Positions 57,115 to 64,000 of a DNA stretch of 64,000 nt are shown one piece after another. Numbering within the stretch: the first letter of the stretch is position 1; the number at the start of each line of letters is the position of its first letter. The notes beneath the pieces were generated by a model that was not told the origin of the DNA, did no database searches, and worked only from the letters and a program-made list of their open reading frames with translations. Origin of the DNA: an uncultured Candidatus Rokubacteria bacterium (GTDB taxonomy: Bacteria > Methylomirabilota > Methylomirabilia > Rokubacteriales > CSP1-6); the NCBI GenBank assembly GCA_963747235.1, contig CAVVEU010000033.1:320001-384000 (forward strand), given 5' to 3'. The position numbers were made by a program, and so were the translations under genes.

Positions 57115-58307
57115 GCGAGCGCTGGGCGATGCTGCTGGTGATCTTCTTCACCCGCACGTCGCTCGGCTTCCAGTTCCAGTCCATCGCCGCGCTCACCCCG
57201 TTCCTGGTCACCGCCTTCGATATCTCCTGGGCGCAGGTGGGGCTGCTCATGGGCCTCTTCATGCTGCCGGGCGTGGTCTTCGCGCTGCCCGGCGGCCTGC
57301 TCGGGCAGCGCTTCGGCAGCCAGCGCGTCGTCTTCGCCGGCCTCGGGCTGATGATCGTGGGCGGCATGCTCGTCTCCTACGCGGGCGGGTTCGGCAGCGC
57401 CGCGCTCGGGCGCACGCTGTCGGGCATCGGCGGCGTGCTGGTGAACATCATGCTGGCGCGGATGGTGGCGGACTGGTTCCGCGGGCGCGAGCTGCAGACC
57501 TCGCTGGGCCTGATGCTGGCCGCGTGGCCCTTCGGCATGGCGCTCGCGTTGATGGTGCTGGGGCCGCTCGCGCTGATCGCCTCGTGGCGCGTGGCCGAGT
57601 ACGCCACCGTGGTGGCGGCCGCGCTCGCGCTGGCGGTGATGGCGCTCATCTACCAGGATCCGCCGGCGGCGGCCGGCGCCGAGGCGGTGCGGCTGCGGCT
57701 CAACGTGCCGCGGCGCGTGTGGGTCCTGGCGATCAGCGCGGGCGTCGGCTGGGCGCTGCTCAACGCCAGCATCATCGTGGTGGCGAGCTTCGCGCCGAGC
57801 TTTCTCATGTCGCGCGGGGCCTCCGTGAGCCACGCGGGCCTGATCACCGGCGCCGCGCTCTGGATCAGCATCGTGTCGGTGCCGCTGGGCGGCCTCGTGG
57901 CCGACCGCGTGAACCGGCCGAAGCTGCTGATCGTCACCGGCTGCCTCGCGGCCGCGGCCAGCATGGTCGCCATCGCCTGCGCGCCCATGCCCGCGCTGTG
58001 GATGGTGGTGACCGGCATCCTGCTCGGCCTGCCGCCCAGCATCATGATGGCGCTGCTGCCCCGCGCGGTCCCCGCCGAGCACCTGGCCACCGCGCTGGGC
58101 GTGTTCTACAGCCTCTTCTATCTCGGCATGGCCGTCTCGCAGACGCTGGCCGGGCTGCTGCGCGATCTCACCGGCGACCCCGCGGTGCCCTTACTCTTCG
58201 CGGCGGCGCTGATGGCCTTCACCGTGCCCGCCGTCGCGCTCTTCTGGCGCCTCGAGGCGCGGCCCGAGCGGGGCGAATCGCCCATCGGGGGTCACTCGGA
58301 GGTGTAG
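57111..58307 (+). CDS. MFS transporter
   Basis: About 12 TM segments, GGLLGQRFG, DWFRGRE, GLVADR. Confidence 0.88.
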   Translation: MSERWAMLLVIFFTRTSLGFQFQSIAALTPFLVTAFDISWAQVGLLMGLFMLPGVVFALPGGLLGQRFGSQRVVFAGLGLMIVGGMLVSYAGGFGSAALGRTLSGIGGVLVNIMLARMVADWFRGRELQTSLGLMLAAWPFGMALALMVLGPLALIASWRVAEYATVVAAALALAVMALIYQDPPAAAGAEAVRLRLNVPRRVWVLAISAGVGWALLNASIIVVASFAPSFLMSRGASVSHAGLITGAALWISIVSVPLGGLVADRVNRPKLLIVTGCLAAAASMVAIACAPMPALWMVVTGILLGLPPSIMMALLPRAVPAEHLATALGVFYSLFYLGMAVSQTLAGLLRDLTGDPAVPLLFAAALMAFTVPAVALFWRLEARPERGESPIGGHSEV

Positions 58308-58317
58308 ACTGGCCGGG

Positions 58318-59761
58318 ATGCGCGAGCCCGGCGACATTCTCCTCGTGGCCTGCTACGAGATGGGCCACCAGCCGCTCGCGGTGGCCTGGCCGGCCGCCTT
58401 CCTGGAGCGCGCCGGGTACCGGCCGGCGCTGATGGACGTCTCGGTGGAGCCGCTCGACGCGCAGAAGCTCGCGCGCGCGCGGGTCATCGCCCTCTCGGTG
58501 CCGATGCACACCGCGCTGCGCCTGGGCGTGGAAGTGGCCGCGCGCGCCCGCGCGGAGAACCCGGGCGCGCACCTCTGCTTCTTCGGCCTCTACGCCACGC
58601 TCAACGCCGACTACCTCTTCGCCCACGGCGCGGACAGCGTGATCGGCGGCGAGGCGGAGACGCCGCTGCTCGCGCTGGTGGACGCGCTCGAGCGCGGCGA
58701 CGCGGGGCCCCTGCCCGCGGTGGCGCGGCCGGGGCAGCCCGCGGCGCCGAATCTCAAGCGCCTCGACTTCCCGGTGCCGAGCCGCGCGGGCCTGCCCTCC
58801 ATCAAGAGCTACACGCACGTCGAGCGCGACGGCCGCATGGACCTGGTCGCCTACGCGGAGTCGAGCCGCGGGTGCCTGCACCGCTGCCGCCACTGCCCGA
58901 TCCCGCCGGTGTACGGCGGGCGCTTCTTCGCGGTGCCGCGCGAGATCGTGCTGGCCGATATCCGCCAGCAGATCGAGGCGGGCGCCCGGCACGTGACGTT
59001 CGGCGATCCGGACTTCCTCAACGGGCCCACGCACGCCCTCGCGGTGGCGCGCGAGCTGCACGCCGAGTGGCCCGACGTCACCTTCGACGTCACCGCGAAG
59101 ATCGAGCACCTGCTGCGCCACCGCGCGCACCTGCCCGCGCTGGCCGCGGCCGGCTGCCTCTTCATCGTCTCCGCGGCGGAGTCGCTGAGCGACACGGTGC
59201 TCGCGCATCTGGAGAAGGGCCACACGCGCGCCGATCTCCTGACCGCGCTCGCGATCACGCGCGAGGCCGGCATCACGCTCCGGCCCACGTGGGTGGCCTT
59301 CACGCCGTGGACCACGCTCGACGATCATCGCGCGTGGCTCGACTTCCTCGACGCGGAGGGGCTGATCGATCACGTGGACCCGGTGCAGTACGGCCTGCGC
59401 CTGCTGGTGCCGCCGGGCTCGCTGCTGCTCGAGACCGAGGCGCTGCGGCCGCACCTGGGCCCGCTCGAGCAGGCGACGCTCTCCTACCGGTGGACGCATC
59501 CCGACCCGCGCATGGACCGGCTCCAGGCCGAGACCGCGGAGCTGGTGGCCCGCGCGGTGGAGATGAAGGCCGACGCGCCCGCGCATCTTCGACCGCGTGC
59601 GCGCGATGGCGGCGGAGGCGGCCGGCGCGCCCGCGCCGGCGCCGGTGGCCCCCGGCATGGCCAAGGGCCGCAAGCGCCCGCCGCGGCTCACCGAGGCGTG
59701 GTTCTGCTGAGCGGAGCCCACCCGGGGCCAGTTGGCCCTGACGACTCGGCCGAGCCTCTAG
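58318..59761 (+). CDS. B12-binding radical SAM selenoprotein with CUAEP tail; Sec TGA at 59708-59710, indel near 59584
   Basis: CYEMGHQP, SRGCLHRCRHCP, FGDPDF; C-terminus PRLTEAWFC-TGA-AEPT...TAG with a downstream hairpin. Confidence 0.85.
59724..59739 (+). promoter_or_regulatory. Putative SECIS hairpin
   Basis: GGGGCC-AGTT-GGCCCT; loop G about 21 nt after the TGA. Confidence 0.55.
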
Positions 59762-60650
59762 CCTCCGCGCAGACGCTCGAGCTCCTCGCGGATCACCCGA
59801 CGGAGGCTCTGCCGCGCCGCGAAGACGACTCGACGGCCGCCGAACCATACGCCCGCGACGGCGCCCAGGAAGGCAAACCCCGTCACCCCCCACTGGACCT
59901 CCTCGCGGTGAAGGTATCCCTGTTCCTTGTGCTTGATGTCGCAGTCCTCGCGCACGCGCTCGACGTCCGGGAATCCGGGGTGGATCCGATCCGCGGCGCT
60001 CATGTTCCGGTAGGCGCGATAGTGAAGATCGCGGATGTAGAGGTCCACCCCATGGTTCCAGAGCCGGGTGAACATGCTGTCGCCCCTGGGCGTCACGCCG
60101 GCCTGGCGCGCGGCATCCTGGATGGTCTCCACGGGGATCAGGAAATTGAAGCCCTGGACGGTCTGCTCGCCCTGGAGCGAGGTGAACGTCGCCGCACCGA
60201 TGACCTGCCCGCGATCGTCGAAGACCGGGCCCCCGCTATTGCCCTGGATGATGGCGGCATCGGTCTGGATCACGCGCTGGCCCCCGATGTCCTCCTTGAA
60301 GCCCGAGACGCGGCCGGTCGTGATCGAGGGCTCGTACTGCGTGGCGCGGCTGAGCAGCTCGTGCGAGGCCACGACGCCCGGAAACCCGATGACGAACAGC
60401 GCCTGGCCCAGGTGGAGGTCCGTGCTGTGCCGGGCCAGCCGCACGACGGGCAGCTCGCGGTCCTCGATCTTGAGGATGGCGACGTCACGCCCGTACTGCT
60501 TCCGGGGCGCGCCGGAGGCATCGGTGGACGGTGCCGACGACGACGTAGGCGGGCGGGCTGTAGAACTTGACCTCCGCCGGGTACGCCTTGCCGTTGGACA
60601 GGCGGACCTCGAGCGTCCGCTCCGTGGACGCACGATGGCCCCGATCGACG
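59758..60650 (-). CDS. Trypsin-like (S1C) serine protease with C-terminal TM helix; 5' part garbled or missing
   Basis: GRDVAILKI, VIGFPG, IQTDAAIIQGNSGGPV. Confidence 0.8.
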
Positions 60651-60699
60651 GTTCTCGGGGACGCCGGGCGAGCGCCCGGATGCGCCGCGCGGCCGCCGC

Positions 60700-61713
60700 G
60701 CGGCCATCGTTTCGCATCGACGACTCAGCCTGAGCATCTTCGACGGCGAGACGCTCGTCATCCTGGGGCCCAGCGGCTGCGGGAGCTGCTCACAAGTCAT
60801 CGCCGGCCGCTGACGACCGGCTCGGGCGAGGTCGCTACGACGGCGTAAGGTGGACGACGTGCCGCCGGGCGATCGGCGCGTCGGGATGGTGTTCCAGAAC
60901 TACGCGCTGTATCCGCACATGACCTCGGACGAACATCCTGGCCTATTTCCTCTTCCGGAAGAAGACGCCGGAGATGGACGCGATGACGGGAGAAGTACCG
61001 GCGGACCAGCGAGCTGATGGGCGTGGAGCTCGAATACCTCCTCGACCGGCGGCCGACCACGCTCTCCGGCGGCGAGAAGCAGCGCGTCGCGTTGGGGCGC
61101 TGCATCACCCGCGACCCGGGCGTGTTCCTGCTCGACGAGCCCTTCTCCAACCTGGATCAGGCGCTACGGGAGAAGTACCGCGCCAACCTCAAGACGCTGC
61201 TGCGCCAGTTCAACATCTCCACGGTCTACGTGACCCACGACCATGTGGAGGCGCTGATCCTGGCGACCGCATCGCGATCATGAACCAGGGCCGCATCGAG
61301 CAGGTCGGGACCTACGAGGAGATCTACCGGCAGCCCCGGAACGAGTTCGTGGCCGGCTTCCTGAACCGTCACATCGGCACGCCGCCCATCAGCTTCGTCG
61401 ACGCGCGCCACGTGGCGGACGCCCGGGACCTGGGCGACGTGCGGGTAGGCGTCCGCCCCGAGGACGTCCTGGTGTCGGCCACGGAGCGCCCCGGGACCAT
61501 CGCGGGCACCGTCGCGGAGACCCTGAGCCTGCCCATGATGAACGCCACCATGCTCGGCATCCGCGTGGGCGAGCACGAGGTGCACGCGCAGACCCCGGGC
61601 AGGCGCCCTCCGGCCCGGCGATCGGGTGTGGCTCAGCTTCAAGCGCTACCACTGCTTCGACCGGGCGTCCGGCGCGAGGCGCGAGACGCTACCCGGCCAC
61701 CGACGCGGGCTGA
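60700..61713 (+). CDS. MalK-type ABC ATPase; heavily frameshifted, both ends uncertain
   Basis: [52 protein letters not shown]. Confidence 0.75.
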
Positions 61714-62216
61714 CCCGGCGCCACGTGCCCGCACTTGCCGCACGTGCGGTGCGCGGCGGAGCCGTAGAACTCCGCGTAGACCTCGGACACCGGATCGTCG
61801 CGCCAGTCGCCCACCTGCCGCACCGCCTGGTGGAGCGGCGCGTCGCACGCCGGGCAGTACCAGAGGAAGCGATCCAGCTCGCCCGCCCGCCGCTTGCGCT
61901 CCAGCACCAGCACGTAGGCGTCCGCGGGGAAGCGCGGCGAGTGCGGGGTGCCCGCCGGGCAGTGCAGGATCTCGCCCTCGCGGATCACCGCGACCTTCTC
62001 GGCCCCGTCGGGGGTGCGGTAGTGCAGGTTCATGTCGCCGCGGATCATGTACATGACCTCGTCGCTCGGGTCGACGTGGAACTCGCTCCGGCCCTCGCGG
62101 CCGCGGGCCACGAAGGCGATCGAGTCGTCCGTCTGCCAGAGCACGTTGACCGGCTTCGTGGCCGCCCCGATGATGGCGGTGATCTGGTCGAGGTCCAGCG
62201 CGCGCATGGCGTTCAT
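61689..62216 (-). CDS. nbaC: 3-hydroxyanthranilate 3,4-dioxygenase-like cupin
   Basis: RSEFHVDPSDE, PAGTPHSPR, ERKR, WYCPAC...RTCGKCG. Confidence 0.8.
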   Translation of the reverse strand: MNAMRALDLDQITAIIGAATKPVNVLWQTDDSIAFVARGREGRSEFHVDPSDEVMYMIRGDMNLHYRTPDGAEKVAVIREGEILHCPAGTPHSPRFPADAYVLVLERKRRAGELDRFLWYCPACDAPLHQAVRQVGDWRDDPVSEVYAEFYGSAAHRTCGKCGHVAPGQPASVAG

Positions 62217-62307
62217 GGTCCGTCCCTCCCGTTCGCCACCGTACGCCGCGGCTCCGCGAGCGTCAACATCACCAACCGGCTATACTTCCGGGCGGAGGGC
62301 CCACGCC

Positions 62308-62700
62308 ATGCAGATTCGCCGCCGGCCAGACCTCGAGCAGCCGGGATGTGCCGCCGCGACGCCGATGTCGGTGGACGAGCTCCTGGCCCGGTTTCCCGAG
62401 GTGCCCCGCGACCTGCGCGACGAGCCCACCCTCCAGGAGTACACGCGGGCCTTCGGCCCCCTGCTGCGGCTGGCCGAGAAGCCCACACCCTGCATGGGTG
62501 CCGGGGCCGACGCCCAGCACGTGTTCTATCTCCGGCTCGTGAACGACCTGGCCATCTACGGCATCGGCCTCGCCAAGCGCGATCGGACCCTGGCGCGGCT
62601 CGCGGCCCTGCTCGAGCAGCACCGCAAGCAGCCGGCCACCTTCGCCTGCACCCTCGTGCCCCGGCGGGCGCCGGGAACCCCCCGCGCCGGCTGCGCCTAG
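62308..62700 (+). CDS. Hypothetical protein with four Cys, including C-terminal AGCA
   Basis: GGAG SD and TATACT upstream; codon usage is coding-like. Confidence 0.65.
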   Translation: MQIRRRPDLEQPGCAAATPMSVDELLARFPEVPRDLRDEPTLQEYTRAFGPLLRLAEKPTPCMGAGADAQHVFYLRLVNDLAIYGIGLAKRDRTLARLAALLEQHRKQPATFACTLVPRRAPGTPRAGCA

Positions 62701-62736
62701 ACACCGTCCCGCGCCGGCGGGTACCAAGGAGACCTC

Positions 62737-63171
62737 ATGCTCAACCCAGGAGACAAGGCGCCGGATTTCACCGGCCGCGATCACAACGGCAACCCGGTGA
62801 AGCTCGCGGACTTCAAGGGCAAGGCGGTCGTGCTCTGGTTCTACCCCAAGGCCGACACGCCGGGCTGAACCGCCGAGGGTTGCGGGTTCCGCGACCTCAA
62901 GGCCGAGTACGACAGCAAGAACGCGGTGATCCTCGGGGTGTCGTTCGATACCCCCGCCGAGAACAAGCAGTTCGCCGAGAAGTTCTCCTTCAACTTCCCC
63001 CTGATCTGTGACACCGACCGGACGATCGGCACCGCCTACGGCGCCAACGCGGACCCGCAGAAGGGCGCGCAGCGCGTCGGGGTGGTGATCGATCGGGACG
63101 GCAAGATCAAGGAGTGGCACGCCCGCGTGGATGCCCGCGCCTGGCCGGCCGAGGTGCTGAAAACGCTGTAG
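62737..63171 (+). CDS. bcp: BCP/PrxQ peroxiredoxin, selenocysteine form (TGA 62866-62868)
   Basis: MLNPGDKAPDF...FYPKADTPG-TGA-TAEGCGFRD...ILGVSFD...FNFPLICD in one frame; AGGAG SD. Confidence 0.92.
62875..62898 (+). promoter_or_regulatory. Putative SECIS hairpin
   Basis: GAGGGTTGCGG-GTT-CCGCGACCTC; loop G 18 nt after the TGA. Confidence 0.7.
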
Positions 63172-63234
63172 CCTTGAACATCGGCGGGGTTCGCGACCGG
63201 CTTCTAATGTGATGGTCCTGATGTGGATCGCGCG

Positions 63235-64000
63235 ATGAGACCGGTGGCCGCGGACGAGATCGAGAGCCTCGCCATCGGCGCCTGGATCCTGGGCACCGGC
63301 GGCGGCGGCAGCCCGTACCTCGGCGCTCCTCAACATGCGCCAGCTCTACCGGCGAGGGCGTCAGCGTCGCCGCTCATGGATCCCGCGGAGCTCGCCGACG
63401 ACGACCTGGTGGCCGTGGTGTCGAACATGGGCGCGCCGCTGGTCGGCCAGGAGCGCCTCACCGATCCCAAGCCATCGCGCAGCGCGGTGACGCATGATGG
63501 AGGAGCTACCTCGGGCCGGCAGTTCCGCGCCGTCATGTCGCTCGAGATCGGCGGCGGCAACTCGATCCAGCCCTTCATGGCCGCCGCGCATGCTGGGCCT
63601 GCCCGTGGTCGACGCCGACGCGATGGGCCGCGCCTTCCCCGAGGCGCAGATGACCAGCTTCGCCATCCACGATCTCCAGATGTACCCGCTCACGCTGGTC
63701 GACGTCCGCGACAACGCGGTGATCGTCGCCCGCGCCGCGAGCTGGAAGTGGATGGAGCGGATCAGCCGCAAGGCCTGCGTCGAGGTCGGCTCGATCGCCT
63801 CCACCTGCAAGGCGCCGCGCACCGGCAAGGAGGTGAAGGAGTGCGGCATCCTCTACACCACCACCAAGGCGATCGGCATCGGCCAGGCGGTGCAGGCGGC
63901 GCGCCGGCGCACCGCGATCCCGATCGAGGCGGTGCTCGAGGCCGAGGGCGGCAAGCTGCTCTTCAGCGGCAAGATGCACGACATCGCGCGGCGCACCACC
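63235..64000 (+). CDS. DUF917-family protein, frameshifted, runs off the window
   Basis: GAWILGTGGGGSPY, MGAP, EIGGGNS, VDADAMGRAFPE. Confidence 0.85.
   Translation, partial: MRPVAADEIESLAIGAWILGTGGGGSPYLGAPQHAPALPARASASPLMDPAELADDDLVAVVSNMGAPLVGQERLTDPKPSRSAVTHDGGATSGRQFRAVMSLEIGGGNSIQPFMAAAHAGPARGRRRRDGPRLPRGADDQLRHPRSPDVPAHAGRRPRQRGDRRPRRELEVDGADQPQGLRRGRLDRLHLQGAAHRQGGEGVRHPLHHHQGDRHRPGGAGGAPAHRDPDRGGARGRGRQAALQRQDARHRAAHH

Noticed and set aside
55653-60570. Apparent 884-aa MFS and 750-aa radical SAM long forms
   Set aside because: Run-on frames; the MFS starts at 57111 and the radical SAM ends at 59761

Overview
This is a very GC-rich bacterial window. Its gene content (many LIV-type, Dpp-type and tripartite tricarboxylate transporters, LLM oxidoreductases, MFS permeases) resembles Candidatus Rokubacteria/Methylomirabilota, which is my inference. 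Many genes are broken by single-base indels that cluster in zones and look like long-read assembly errors, so I report reconstructed genes rather than the raw ORF track. I found no rRNA, tRNA, CRISPR array or transposase. Most notable: (1) two selenoprotein genes that the ORF track splits or misses, a BCP/PrxQ peroxiredoxin (TPG-U-TAEGC) and a B12-binding radical SAM protein with a WFC-U-AEP tail, each with a SECIS-like hairpin. (2) A four-gene cassette of secreted proteins at 48.7-54.5 kb behind a sigma54-like promoter: a beta-helix/Ig/PKD scaffold, two paralogous small secreted proteins, and a Zn-phospholipase C/P1-nuclease-fold protein. It may be an undescribed effector/immunity system. (3) A dif-like 11-5-11 dyad near that cassette. 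(4) A 19-bp direct repeat bracketing a single LLM gene next to a RES/Xre-type toxin-antitoxin pair. (5) Several apparently leaderless genes.
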